A DNA stretch of 64,000 nucleotides from an uncultured delta proteobacterium (GCA_963787125.1 CAWBBV010000012.1:1-64000), one strand, 5' to 3'; numbered from the stretch's first letter, positions 22,945-33,129 are shown. Notes: generated from the sequence alone by a model not told the origin. Translations and numbers: made by a program.

Positions 22945-23496
22945 ATGGCAGATACTAACAAAATTCACCTTCCAAGTTCGGGACTTGCAGAGGATATCCT
23001 CAGCCAGTTTATCGACAAGGCCCAGAGTGAAAGTGATCAGGTTGTAAGCGCAGAGCTTAAAGGGAGTAAGGCAACAATCTATCACCTGGTGACCTTTCAG
23101 CTCTTAAAAGAAGAGTACGGCATCGAAATAGCCACGGTTCAGGAGATCATCCGGGCGACTGACATCACTCCGGTACCAGGCGCTCCTGCTCATGTGCGCG
23201 GGGTCATCAACCTGCGCGGCAAGATCATTCCGGTAGTGGACCTGCGTACCCGCTTCGCCCTGCCAAAGGCAGAAAGCAGCGATGCCCAACGGATAGTAGT
23301 TATAGAGCTTAAGGAGAAGCGGCTCGGCATGCTGGTAGACAGTGTTTCCCAGGTTATCAAGATCTCATCAGACGTTGTTGAAGAGATGCCTGAAGAGGCA
23401 ACAAGTGTTGATGAAAACTTTATCAAAGGTGTCGGTAAGCTTGACGGCAGACTCATTATTATTCTTGATCTGAATAAGTCGCTGCTGCTCGGTTGA
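22945..23496 (+). CDS. cheW: Chemotaxis protein CheW
   Basis: GVINLRGKIIPVVDL, GMLVDSV; AGGAG RBS before 22945. Confidence 0.95.
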   Translation: MADTNKIHLPSSGLAEDILSQFIDKAQSESDQVVSAELKGSKATIYHLVTFQLLKEEYGIEIATVQEIIRATDITPVPGAPAHVRGVINLRGKIIPVVDLRTRFALPKAESSDAQRIVVIELKEKRLGMLVDSVSQVIKISSDVVEEMPEEATSVDENFIKGVGKLDGRLIIILDLNKSLLLG

Positions 23497-23555
23497 GACA
23501 GTTATGTTGACTAACCTGGTACAACAGTTTTTTTATAAAAATGGAGGTCGTAATC

Positions 23556-25859
23556 ATGTTGAAAAATCTTAAGATTGGCACGCGTTTGGGGATTGGATTC
23601 GGCGTTATGCTTGTTTTAATTTTGCTGGTTGGCTTTACCGGTTACTGGGGGGTCAACGAAAGCACCACTACTACCATCAATATGCTTAAAGGCGATGCAT
23701 CAATTTCAGAATATGCATCGCGACTGAGATCCAACGTAGTTGGGATGCGTCGTTATGAGAAGGATATTTTTCTCAATATCTCAGATAAAGTAAAGGTTGA
23801 AGAGTATCATGGCAAGTGGCTGGAACAACACCAGCATACCGGGCTCAGAATAGCTGATCTTGAAAAGATAGTGGTTTTGCTAAAAGAGAAGGAAAAAGTT
23901 GCCGCTATCAAAGGCGAAGAGGAACAGTACGAAAAGGGTTTTGCCAAAGTGTACGCACAGATACAAACCGGTAAAATCACCACCCCGGCAGCAGCAAACG
24001 AAGCGATGGCGGAGGTCAAGAAAGAGGTTCACTCTCTGGAAACCACGGCAAAAGAGCTGGCCGATGAAAGCAACCAGCGGATGGATGCCCAGGAAAAAAC
24101 CATGACAGATCTGGCCAGGCATGTTGCCATGATCGTTATTGTCGGTATCGTCGTCGCAATTATCCTCTGCATAATGATCAGCGTCCTCATTACCCGCAGC
24201 ATCACCATCCCGATCAATGCCGCCGTTCTGACTGCCAACAAGCTTGCCGAAGGTGACCTGGTGGCTGAAGTGGTTGTTACCTCGACCGATGAGGTCGGCC
24301 AGCTTCTCGGGGCGATGAAGCATATGGCGGAAAGTCTGCGGAAAATGATCATCGGCATTCGCGACACCTCCAGCCAGGTCGCGACCGCCGCGGGGCAGAT
24401 ATCAGCCAACTCCGGCCAACTGACAAAAGCGGCCCACAGCCAGGCATCCGCCTCGGACGAAACATCCGCCACCATGGTGCAGATGGCCGCCTCCATCCAG
24501 ACCGTTGCCAGCAACGCCGACTCCCTGGCCAGTAATGCTGACGAAGTCTCCTCCTCCGTTCAGGAACTGGGCGCCTCCAGTGAACAGGTAGCTAAAAGCG
24601 CCGAACTGATGGCCTCCTCCGTCTCCGAGACTTCAGCCACCATCGAACAGATGACCGTCTCCATCGAAAAAGTAGCCAAGAGTACGGAAGACCTGGCATC
24701 ATCGGTCTCCGAAACCTCCTCCACCATCGAACAGATGACCGTCTCCATCGACCAGGTTGCCGGCAACTCCCAGGAGCTGCAGAAAGTAGTCAGTGACTCC
24801 GCCGCCATCATCGAAGAGATGGCTACCTCCATCAAACAGGTTGCCAAAAGTGTCGAAGAAGCCGACACCGTAGCCAAGAGCGCCGCCAAAGAAGGGACAG
24901 CCGGGATCAAAGCCGGACAACAGGCTGCAGCCGGAATGGCACGGGTAGCCGAAGTCATCGACAAAACCTCCGCCTCCATCGTCAACCTTGGCAAACGCTC
25001 CGAAGAGATCGGCAGCATCGTCAAAGTCATTAACGAAATAGCCGACCAGACAAACCTCCTTGCGCTGAATGCGGCCATCGAAGCGGCCAGAGCCGGTGAT
25101 GCGGGGAGAGGCTTTGCCGTAGTCGCCGAAGAAGTGCGCAAACTGGCGGAACGGAGCATGGTAGCGACCAAAGAGATAGCCCAGGTGATCCGCCAGGTAC
25201 AGGCAGACACGGGAGAATCGGTCAAATACGGCGAGATAGCCTCAAAAGAAGCAAAGGCGTCCATGGAGCTGACCACCGTGGCCAGCGGCTCCATCGAAAG
25301 CATCGTTGCCAGCATCGAGCGGACCAGCAAGCTGATGTCCGATATCTCCCGAATGACAGGCGAACAGTCAAATGCGTCCGGCCAGGTTGTGCGGGCGGTT
25401 GAGAAAATGAACCAGGCTACAGCTGTAGTCGCTAATGCCGCAAGCGAACAGGCACTTGGCGGCAGGCAGATTCGTCTGGCTGTGGAGCGGATGAATCATA
25501 TCACCCAGGAAGTGACGGTAGCGACCAGGGAGCAGGCGGGCGGCAGCAGGCAGATACGGATAGCAGTTGAAAATATGAATAATGTCACCGGCCAGGTGAG
25601 CATCGCCACCAAAGAACAGTCTTTGTCAGGACGGCAGATAGTCGCCGCAGTGAACAACATGGCGTCCATGACCCAATCTGTTGCCATTGCCACGGCAGAG
25701 CAGAAGAAGGGGGGCGAGATGGTGGTTACTGCCATGGAAAATATCAGCGATCTGACCAGGGAGAACCTTTCGTCAGTTGAACAGCTTTCCAGTGCCGCCA
25801 TGAGCCTGTCACAACAGGCTGTTGATCTTGCCGGGATGGTAGCGGCGTTCAGAGTTTAG
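23556..25859 (+). CDS. Methyl-accepting chemotaxis protein with four-helix-bundle sensor
   Basis: [16 protein letters not shown]-terminus, two TM helices, HAMP, MCP tip motif. Confidence 0.95.
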   Translation: MLKNLKIGTRLGIGFGVMLVLILLVGFTGYWGVNESTTTTINMLKGDASISEYASRLRSNVVGMRRYEKDIFLNISDKVKVEEYHGKWLEQHQHTGLRIADLEKIVVLLKEKEKVAAIKGEEEQYEKGFAKVYAQIQTGKITTPAAANEAMAEVKKEVHSLETTAKELADESNQRMDAQEKTMTDLARHVAMIVIVGIVVAIILCIMISVLITRSITIPINAAVLTANKLAEGDLVAEVVVTSTDEVGQLLGAMKHMAESLRKMIIGIRDTSSQVATAAGQISANSGQLTKAAHSQASASDETSATMVQMAASIQTVASNADSLASNADEVSSSVQELGASSEQVAKSAELMASSVSETSATIEQMTVSIEKVAKSTEDLASSVSETSSTIEQMTVSIDQVAGNSQELQKVVSDSAAIIEEMATSIKQVAKSVEEADTVAKSAAKEGTAGIKAGQQAAAGMARVAEVIDKTSASIVNLGKRSEEIGSIVKVINEIADQTNLLALNAAIEAARAGDAGRGFAVVAEEVRKLAERSMVATKEIAQVIRQVQADTGESVKYGEIASKEAKASMELTTVASGSIESIVASIERTSKLMSDISRMTGEQSNASGQVVRAVEKMNQATAVVANAASEQALGGRQIRLAVERMNHITQEVTVATREQAGGSRQIRIAVENMNNVTGQVSIATKEQSLSGRQIVAAVNNMASMTQSVAIATAEQKKGGEMVVTAMENISDLTRENLSSVEQLSSAAMSLSQQAVDLAGMVAAFRV
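24357..25399 (+). repeat. About 1-kb near-identical DNA repeat, copy 2
   Basis: Matches 18781-19823. Confidence 0.9.
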
Positions 25860-25872
25860 CAGGAGCTGGCAA

Positions 25873-26745
25873 TTGTCTTACATGACAGGTACATTTGAAG
25901 CTATGGATAAAGATTTCGACAGAATTGCCGATTTCCTCAAGGAAAAAAGCAGGCTATCCTTTACCGGACACAAGCGCAGCGTGCTGCGCCAGCGGCTTGA
26001 AGGTCGCCTCCAGCAGCTGATGATGCCGGATTTTTCTGCATACTGGAAATTTCTGCTGGGAAATCCGGGCGAAGTGGTTGACCTTTTCAATCTGGTTACG
26101 ACTAATGAGACCTCGTTTTTCAGGAATTGCGCCCAATTTGACTATCTGAAAAACAGTATCATCAGACAGCTGGAGAGCCGGGCAACTCCGGAAAACAGGC
26201 GCATCAGGATCCTTTCGGCGGGCTGCTCCAGTGGTGAGGAGCCGTATTCCATAGCCATGACCCTTCTCGACGCTCTCCAAAACCATGACGACTGGAGTCT
26301 GGAGATTGTGGCGGGTGACCTGAGCGACAACTGTCTGCAAGAAGCAAGAAAGGGCTACTATGAAGATAATAAACTTGTGAAACTGCCCGGTGGCTACCGG
26401 GAACGCTTCATGATCAGTGACAGCGATGGAGCAGTTGTTCAGGAACGTATAAAAAAGATCGTCCGTTTTACCCGTTTGAATCTGGATGAGCTGATGAAGT
26501 CCGAATGTCCTTTCTGGAGCCAGGGACTGGGCGCTTTTGACATCATCTTTTGCCGTAACGTGATGATCTATTTTGCTTCATCCTGCCAGCAGCAGTTGGT
26601 TGATACTCTTTATCGGCTGCTGCTTCCCGGAGGCTTTCTTTTTACGGGAGATGCGGAGCCGCTGCACCTCTTCAAACATGAGTTTTTGCCGGTTGCAGCG
26701 GCGGGTTGTCTTATTTATCAAAAAAGGGGCGAAAATAACCTATGA
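25873..26745 (+). CDS. cheR: Chemotaxis methyltransferase CheR (copy 1)
   Basis: TTNETSFFR, SAGCSSGEEPYS, DIIFCRNVMIYF. Confidence 0.93.
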   Translation: MSYMTGTFEAMDKDFDRIADFLKEKSRLSFTGHKRSVLRQRLEGRLQQLMMPDFSAYWKFLLGNPGEVVDLFNLVTTNETSFFRNCAQFDYLKNSIIRQLESRATPENRRIRILSAGCSSGEEPYSIAMTLLDALQNHDDWSLEIVAGDLSDNCLQEARKGYYEDNKLVKLPGGYRERFMISDSDGAVVQERIKKIVRFTRLNLDELMKSECPFWSQGLGAFDIIFCRNVMIYFASSCQQQLVDTLYRLLLPGGFLFTGDAEPLHLFKHEFLPVAAAGCLIYQKRGENNL

Positions 26746-29105
26746 CCGACATCTATAATGGCATTGCCACTCCTGACTCACCACTTGCCGCAAAGAGCCT
26801 TGAAGAGCTGCTTAATTACGTAGCCGACGATGACCACGAACACAGATTGGCCGCAAAAGAGCTGCTTCTGTCCGCAGGAATTGCCCGCATCTATCCTGAG
26901 CTGGAGCGTGGCGTACGCGATGACAGTAAGGCTGATTTTCGTAACGGTGCCATGGATATTCTTGTTGCCTACGGTAAGGAGTCGCTGCCGTATCTTGCCA
27001 AATTGCTGCTGGATGCAAATGAAGAGGTAAGAATATTCGCCTGCGTCATGCTGGGTGATATCGGTAACAGGGGGGCGGTTTCGTCACTGATTATGGCACT
27101 GAGCGACAATGACCCGAATGTTGGCCATAGTGCGGCCGAGGCGCTTGGCAAGATTGGTGACCGGTCGGCGCTCATGCCTCTCATTGACCTGCTGAAGGGT
27201 GATTTCTGGATTCAGTTTTCGGCGATCACCGCAATTGGTGCAATGCGCGACTATCGGGCTGTGCCGCATCTTCTGGAGCTGCTGGATAATGAGATGCTGA
27301 CCGGTGCGGTAGTCGATGCACTCGGGCAGATAGGCGATCCGCGGGCTCTGCAGGCCCTTGGGAAAATGCTCCCCGACCTGGACATTGCTGTTGCCGGACA
27401 GACGGCAAAGGCGATGGTCGCGATCTATCGGGCTGCCATCGAACTGCTCAGTTATAAAAACAGTCTGGCAGAGTACCACCAACCGGATCATCTCAAAGAT
27501 GTCATCAATAACGAAGGTGCAAAGAAGCTGCTGTCACTTTTGGAGAAAAGCAGTGACAAAACCGTTCTGGAAGCTGTAGTCATGCTCCTTGGCTGGTATG
27601 GAGACGCAACGGCAGTGAGCGTTTTTTTCAAACTGTTAGCGGACGATTCCATGCTGGGTGTAGTTGAGGCGGGAATCTTGTCGCTGGGACAAAGCGCCGT
27701 GGAACTCCTGGTAGACGCTCTTACGGATGATAATGACAATGTGAAAATTGTTGCCTTGCGGAGCCTGCGCAATCTGGGCTCACTTGAATTTCCGGAGGTG
27801 ATAAACTCATTTCTCCGTTCGCCAAATCCGGAACTGCAGCAGGAAGCAATTGAAGCCGCCAAGCGTCTGCCGGCAGCGATTTATCTCCAGAGACTCGTTG
27901 AAATTGTCGAGACTCAGCCGTTAACTGTCGCAATAAACGCAGCGGAAGCTTTAGGGTGTTATCCGGCTGCTTCGTTACATGAAATTCTGCTTTCTCTGGC
28001 CGCTGCTGAAGCGGTTGAAAGCAGAAGCCGGGGCGCCATGCTCCTTTGTCATATGCAGGAAGAGGTTGATGCAACGCTTCTTGATGCATTCATGCACGAT
28101 CCGGATGCAGAAGTCAGGAAAATTGCCATGAAAGCTGCCGGTATCCGCAAGGCCGGCGTGGCGGTACCCAGGCTCGGTGAGGCCTTCGCTGATCCTGATA
28201 TTGCTGTCAGAGTGGCTGCTGTTACGGCAATTGCCGAGTTTCGCACCCCCATGCTGGTGGAAGATCTGCTTGCCATGCTTGGCGGCGCTGATGAAGAGCT
28301 TGATTATACGATTATCAAGGCTCTCGGCATGATGACCGCCAAGGGGGCCGAGAGTGCTCTTTTGGAGTATCTGCAAAAAGGTGGCTTATCCCGGCGGCTT
28401 GAGTATACGCTCCTGGAGACTCTCGGCAAAATCTCGGCAACTTCTGCTTCAGAGTTGATTCGCTGTCATTACTTGAACTCCACCGAGCCTGACCTAAGGC
28501 GGCTGGCAGTGGAGATTCTCGGCCAGCTTGGCGATACCAATTCCCTCCAGGCGGTTGAATCTGCCCTGGCAGACAGCCACTGGAGCGTTCGGGTAGCCGT
28601 TTTACATGTATTGGGCAAGCTTGGCGGTGTCAGGGAGATTCCGCTGCTAATCGAAGCCATGCATGATCCGGATAATATGGTCCGCAAAAACGCGATTCTT
28701 GTCCTGGGCGATATCCGCGCCGTGTCAGCTATCCCGGCGCTGGTACAGCAGCTGGCTGATATGGAGATGAGCCGGCACGTGTTCGTCTCACTGCTCAAAT
28801 TTGGCAGACAGGCGCTCCCCTGGCTTCACCGGCACATGCTTAAAAACTATACCGTTGACATCCGGGTGAGACTGATAGATCTGATCGGCAAGATCGGCGA
28901 CAGACGCAGCGTTGAGCCGCTCATGGAACTACTGTCAGATACAAATACAACCATCAGGCTGGCGGCAATCGATTCGCTGGCTTTCTGTTTCGACGGGATG
29001 CTGCTGAAAACACTGACTGCTGTTAAAAAAAATGATAGCGACGCTGAGGTCAGAGAGAGAGCTGAGCTTGCCCTTAGAACCCTCTCAATGGAGAAGTACA
29101 GTTAA
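26742..29105 (+). CDS. HEAT/PBS-lyase repeat protein of the chemosensory cluster
   Basis: Repeated (V)R..A...LG.IGD..A...LI..L.D units along 787 aa. Confidence 0.9.
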   Translation: MTDIYNGIATPDSPLAAKSLEELLNYVADDDHEHRLAAKELLLSAGIARIYPELERGVRDDSKADFRNGAMDILVAYGKESLPYLAKLLLDANEEVRIFACVMLGDIGNRGAVSSLIMALSDNDPNVGHSAAEALGKIGDRSALMPLIDLLKGDFWIQFSAITAIGAMRDYRAVPHLLELLDNEMLTGAVVDALGQIGDPRALQALGKMLPDLDIAVAGQTAKAMVAIYRAAIELLSYKNSLAEYHQPDHLKDVINNEGAKKLLSLLEKSSDKTVLEAVVMLLGWYGDATAVSVFFKLLADDSMLGVVEAGILSLGQSAVELLVDALTDDNDNVKIVALRSLRNLGSLEFPEVINSFLRSPNPELQQEAIEAAKRLPAAIYLQRLVEIVETQPLTVAINAAEALGCYPAASLHEILLSLAAAEAVESRSRGAMLLCHMQEEVDATLLDAFMHDPDAEVRKIAMKAAGIRKAGVAVPRLGEAFADPDIAVRVAAVTAIAEFRTPMLVEDLLAMLGGADEELDYTIIKALGMMTAKGAESALLEYLQKGGLSRRLEYTLLETLGKISATSASELIRCHYLNSTEPDLRRLAVEILGQLGDTNSLQAVESALADSHWSVRVAVLHVLGKLGGVREIPLLIEAMHDPDNMVRKNAILVLGDIRAVSAIPALVQQLADMEMSRHVFVSLLKFGRQALPWLHRHMLKNYTVDIRVRLIDLIGKIGDRRSVEPLMELLSDTNTTIRLAAIDSLAFCFDGMLLKTLTAVKKNDSDAEVRERAELALRTLSMEKYS

Positions 29106-29108
29106 CTT

Positions 29109-29948
29109 ATGAAATCGATTATGAAACCGGAAGAGTTCAGACTTCTCAGAGAATTTGTTGCCGAAGAGTTCGGTCTTGTTATTGACGAAAGTCGAATAAG
29201 TTTTCTCTCCACGCGTCTTTTGACCCGGCTGGAAGATCTCCGTCTGGAATCGTTCAGAGACTATTATGCCTGGCTGAAATATTCACCCCGGGCAGGTGAA
29301 GAGCACCAACAACTTATCTCCATCCTGACCAATAACGAAACCTATTTTTTCCGTGAAGATGCCCAGCTGCAGGTACTGAGCGAGCATATTCTGCCGCTGC
29401 TTAAAGAGGGGAAGAAACATGCAGGGCAGAAGAAGATCCGGATTTACTCTGCCGGCTGCTCCAGCGGTGAAGAGGTCTACACGATTGCCATGCTGCTGCT
29501 TGAATCCGGACATTTTCTCTGGGATTGGGATATCATGGTTACCGGTATAGATATTGATCCCATGATGATTGCCAGGGCACGGGAAGGGATCTATTCCGGA
29601 CGGGCGTTTCAGGCGACTTCACCCCAGTATATGGAAAGATACTTCACTATATGCGGGGAAAACTATCAGGTAAAGGAGTCACTGCGCAGGATCACCTCTT
29701 TTGAAGAAGGGAATCTGCTCCGTCTTGAGCCGTTTGCCAGATTCGACCCGGCCCACGTTATTTTCTGCCGGAATGTGTTTATCTACTTCAGCGAAGATAC
29801 CACCAGAAAAATCGTTGAAAGTTTTGCCGATCTGCTTGTGCCCGATGGCCATCTTTTTCTCGGTCACTCCGAATCATTGTCAAGAATCACCACCAGGTAT
29901 CAGCCGGTAAGGCATCCGGGCGCTATCATCTACCGGAAAAGGGACTAA
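29109..29948 (+). CDS. cheR: Chemotaxis methyltransferase CheR (copy 2)
   Basis: TNNETYFFRE, SAGCSSGEE, IFCRNVFIYF, GHSESL. Confidence 0.93.
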   Translation: MKSIMKPEEFRLLREFVAEEFGLVIDESRISFLSTRLLTRLEDLRLESFRDYYAWLKYSPRAGEEHQQLISILTNNETYFFREDAQLQVLSEHILPLLKEGKKHAGQKKIRIYSAGCSSGEEVYTIAMLLLESGHFLWDWDIMVTGIDIDPMMIARAREGIYSGRAFQATSPQYMERYFTICGENYQVKESLRRITSFEEGNLLRLEPFARFDPAHVIFCRNVFIYFSEDTTRKIVESFADLLVPDGHLFLGHSESLSRITTRYQPVRHPGAIIYRKRD

Positions 29949-29951
29949 TCA

Positions 29952-31016
29952 GTGACAGTTAAAAAGGTCACCTCAAGCAAAATCAGGGTTCTGGTGGTTG
30001 ATGATTCCACCTTTGTCCGCCGGGCAATCATCAGGATGTTCGAAAACAGCCCTGAAATCAGTATAATTGATGTTGCCTCCGACGGCGCCATGGCTATTGA
30101 CCTTATCAAGCAGCATCGCCCGGATGTCGTGACTCTGGATGTGCAGATGCCGGTACTTGACGGCTTGTCGGCACTGGCGAGGATCATGCAGGAGTGCCCG
30201 ACCCCGGTAGTGATGCTCAGCTCCCTGACCGGCAAAGGGGGCGAAATGACCCTCAAGGCCCTTGATCTCGGCGCGGTAGATTTCATCGACAAAACTGCTG
30301 CCGGTGGTCCCATGGAGCTAAACAACCTGCTCCAGGAGTTGACCTCCAAAATTCTTGTCGCCGCGCGTATCGACCTGAAAAAAATCTGCCATCTCCCGGT
30401 TCCAGTGGTATTGCCCGCTGTCAGGCAGTCGCTCGGTTCCTCAGCGCCGGCAGATGCGGTATTTATCGGCGTTTCCACCGGTGGGCCGCCGGCGCTGCAG
30501 GCAATCTTGAGCGCTCTGCCGGCATCTTTCAGGGTGCCGATCTTTATAGTTCAGCATATGCCGGTCGGGTTTACCGCCTCACTGGCGGAACGGCTCAACA
30601 GGTCAAGCCTGATTACTGTCAAGGAGGCTGTTGACGATGAGCTCCCCCTTGCCGGCACAGCCTACATTGCCCCAGGTGGCAGGCATCTCAAACTGAAGCG
30701 CTCGGCTGATGGGAGTTTGCGGATTTTCCTCGATCAAATGCCCGAAGGGACGTTACATAAACCGTCAGTCGATGTACTTTTCCAAGCGGCTGCCGAGCAG
30801 TACGGCAACAAGGCGCTGGCCTTTGTCCTCACCGGCATGGGGAAGGACGGCTCAGTCGGCGCCCAAGCGATCAAAGAGGCAGGCGGGCGGATTATTGTCG
30901 AGTCGGAAGAGACCTCGATTGTTTTCGGTATGCCCAAGGCCGTGATGGATGTGGTCAAGGTGGATGGCGTGGTACCACTCTACAGTGTGGCGGAGACAAT
31001 GCTGAAGCTGACCTGA
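29952..31016 (+). CDS. cheB: Chemotaxis response regulator methylesterase CheB
   Basis: Receiver plus GVSTGGP, VQHMP, PSVD, LTGMGKDG. Confidence 0.96.
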   Translation: MTVKKVTSSKIRVLVVDDSTFVRRAIIRMFENSPEISIIDVASDGAMAIDLIKQHRPDVVTLDVQMPVLDGLSALARIMQECPTPVVMLSSLTGKGGEMTLKALDLGAVDFIDKTAAGGPMELNNLLQELTSKILVAARIDLKKICHLPVPVVLPAVRQSLGSSAPADAVFIGVSTGGPPALQAILSALPASFRVPIFIVQHMPVGFTASLAERLNRSSLITVKEAVDDELPLAGTAYIAPGGRHLKLKRSADGSLRIFLDQMPEGTLHKPSVDVLFQAAAEQYGNKALAFVLTGMGKDGSVGAQAIKEAGGRIIVESEETSIVFGMPKAVMDVVKVDGVVPLYSVAETMLKLT

Positions 31017-31161
31017 AGGAAGTTGGTATCCTCCTTTAAATCCTGACTGTCATTGTGTCGCCCAATAGAAGCTGAAGCTGTTTAGAGGGTAGGGCGGGTG
31101 ACCGACAAATGACGCCAGCTTGAAAAATCCGGCCATACAGTTGTATGATATCCGGCGGTTA

Positions 31162-31187
31162 CCCGACTTCGGCATGCCGAAGTCGGG
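31162..31187. repeat. Perfect 26-bp palindrome
   Basis: CCCGACTTCGGCATGCCGAAGTCGGG is its own reverse complement. Confidence 0.85.
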
Positions 31188-31374
31188 AGTTTCAATTTTA
31201 TCAGTATCTGTCTTATGTTCTGAAGAGGCAGAAGATTGCAGGCAGTAGACCGTGCATAGGCAGGTATTGGATGAAAAATAAATCCGTCCTGCATTTTTTT
31301 TCTGCACAAGTAAGACTCGCAATTCTTCGGTCATCGTGCAAGAGCTAAGTAATATTTACCTCTATAAGCAATGA

Positions 31375-31480
31375 TTGACCAAATATTGCCGGTTCCCTAT
31401 ATAATTAACTTATTACCAATATAAGTAATCGGTTGCTTATATTGGTAACTTACTCTAACTGATCAATCATAATGTTGGAC
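31375..31480 (+). promoter_or_regulatory. Array leader: candidate promoter, 13-bp inverted repeat and first core site GTTGGAC (attI-like position)
   Basis: TTGACC-N17-TATATA; TTACCAATATAAG...CTTATATTGGTAA; GTTGGAC at 31474-31480 is the exact complement of GTCCAAC closing cassette 1. Confidence 0.5.
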
Positions 31481-31511
31481 GAGAGCTAATGATGAAAAAG
31501 GCGAAAAAGAA

Positions 31512-31814
31512 ATGACGGCCGAACACCATGAAAAATCAAAGATTGAAAACGACAATGAAAAGGCCAAAGATTCTGTCGAAGCCGAAATTAACAGGACTTA
31601 TCAGGAGCGGAATGAGCTGTGGAGCCGGAATTGGTGCCCTTTTTGTGGGAAAGCAGACTGTAAAAGCAAAATGCATTTCTTGAAACTTTACACCTTACCT
31701 ATGTCATCTCTTCCACCGAAGAATGTTTTTCTTATGAGAGTGGTACCCTTCGGCATCCTTTTGTTGCTCATAATCGGCGGGAAAATTCTGTATCTCATGT
31801 TTACCAACAATTGA
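31512..31814 (+). CDS. Cassette 1: hypothetical protein with CxxC-x4-C-x4-H motif and C-terminal TM helix
   Basis: WCPFCGKADCKSKMH; hydrophobic tail; bracketed by GTTGGAC and GTCCAAC. Confidence 0.65.
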   Translation: MTAEHHEKSKIENDNEKAKDSVEAEINRTYQERNELWSRNWCPFCGKADCKSKMHFLKLYTLPMSSLPPKNVFLMRVVPFGILLLLIIGGKILYLMFTNN

Positions 31815-31829
31815 GCCAACTAATACAAT

Positions 31830-31873
31830 GTCCAACAAGACGGCGACAGACGGGCTTCGCTACGACGTTATGT
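31830..31873 (+). other. attC site, internally shortened (44 bp)
   Basis: R'' GTCCAAC, residual GCGA/TCGC stem, R' GTTATGT. Confidence 0.6.
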
Positions 31874-31882
31874 GAATCTAAA

Positions 31883-32041
31883 ATGACAACTATGGATCGA
31901 ATTTTATACCCACTCATCATTCTCCTGACGGCACCCGTGCTGCATTACATGGGGTTAAATTGGCGAAGATCAGCTGCATTATCCTTTGGAATTGCTCTCT
32001 TAGTTATTGTAATAAGAGAAAAAGTCTTCAAAAAGAGCTAA
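31883..32041 (+). CDS. Cassette 2: small two-TM membrane protein (about 52 aa)
   Basis: ATG just after R'; two hydrophobic stretches and a basic tail; lies between two attC sites. Confidence 0.55.
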   Translation: MTTMDRILYPLIILLTAPVLHYMGLNWRRSAALSFGIALLVIVIREKVFKKS

Positions 32042-32064
32042 CCGGAAGTAAATTAAGAACCTAT

Positions 32065-32126
32065 GCCCAACACGCGGTCGGAACACGACTCCCTACGGTC
32101 GCGGTTCAACCGCAGCCCCGTTGAAC
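32065..32126 (+). other. attC site (62 bp)
   Basis: R'' GCCCAAC; left arm GCGGTCGGAAC pairs with right arm GTTCAACCGC leaving a bulged G; R' GTTGAAC. Confidence 0.85.
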
Positions 32127-32142
32127 TAAAGAGAGGGAGAAA

Positions 32143-33108
32143 ATGAGAGATTGCTGGTATGCGGACAAAAGAGATTTGGTGAAATGGGGCGTCCTGACGG
32201 TCCTAGCAAAAAAGTATGAGGCTACGGATGTGCTCCAAATCGCATATTGTAACCCCAGTGAATACTCCCAGATTGAGGTTGACGGTGAAAAATACTCTAT
32301 TCCTGATGAGGTTCTCTCACATTTTAGAGACATTAAAAAAGTGAAAAACATAACTGGGCCTGCAAAAGTGTCAGTTTTTGATCTCCCCTTTTTTAAATCC
32401 GATAGAGCCGAATACCATGAGGCCGTCAGTCGATACATCCAATCTCATAGTAAAAAACGCACCATCGTATTTCTTGACCCCGACACTGGCCTTGAACCGA
32501 ATGGAAAGGCTGATTATAAACACGTCCTAAACGAAGAGGTTCGGACTGTATGGGATTTGCTTCCGGAAAATTGGCTCATAGTCATCTATCAGCATCAAAC
32601 GAATCGCTCGGGAATTCAGTGGGTTGAGCAAAAACGAGCGCAGTTCGCTACAGCTTTGGGAGTAGCTGAGGACCAAGTAAAGGTAGCGCACGGGCTAAAG
32701 GTGGCGAACGACGTGGCCTTTTTCTTCTCGCTAAAGCATAGTATCGACCAATATATAAAACCGCCATATTATATAAAATGTGAGCATGGAGGGGAACGTA
32801 TTGGTATTTTAGCGTACCACCACAAAGACGGAGGAGTATGTTTTCTTGACACTGGATGGCACCATGTTGGCGGAAACCCTTTTCATATCCTCAAAGGTCC
32901 TTTTGTCGCAAAGGAGACACCAGAAGGTGTGGTTTACGAGGCAGAGAACGGTGATTTTATACGCAAGTTAACCAGAATGGATCGACTGTGGAGTGGTTGG
33001 CAGAATTGGCAAGACTACCTTGACAGCCCTGACGGAATTGAGACTACTGAAGATAAAGCAGTGAAAGGTTGCCAATCCAACGGCGCATTGATAGATAAAC
33101 CGTTATGA
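32143..33108 (+). CDS. Cassette 3: hypothetical protein, probably two fused domains (N-terminal FLDPDTG domain)
   Basis: 321-aa ORF with GAGGGAG RBS; bracketed by complementary GTTGAAC (32120) and GTTCAAC (33176). Confidence 0.7.
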   Translation: MRDCWYADKRDLVKWGVLTVLAKKYEATDVLQIAYCNPSEYSQIEVDGEKYSIPDEVLSHFRDIKKVKNITGPAKVSVFDLPFFKSDRAEYHEAVSRYIQSHSKKRTIVFLDPDTGLEPNGKADYKHVLNEEVRTVWDLLPENWLIVIYQHQTNRSGIQWVEQKRAQFATALGVAEDQVKVAHGLKVANDVAFFFSLKHSIDQYIKPPYYIKCEHGGERIGILAYHHKDGGVCFLDTGWHHVGGNPFHILKGPFVAKETPEGVVYEAENGDFIRKLTRMDRLWSGWQNWQDYLDSPDGIETTEDKAVKGCQSNGALIDKPL

Positions 33109-33129
33109 AAACATGGAATATATCATGTT

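Noticed and set aside
18781..25399. MCP repeat pair as DGR template/variable repeats
   Set aside because: About 1 kb long, both copies coding, and differences are mostly synonymous and not adenine-specific.
31050..31348. Integron integrase or remnant upstream of the array
   Set aside because: The short ORFs show no tyrosine-recombinase motifs and look spurious.
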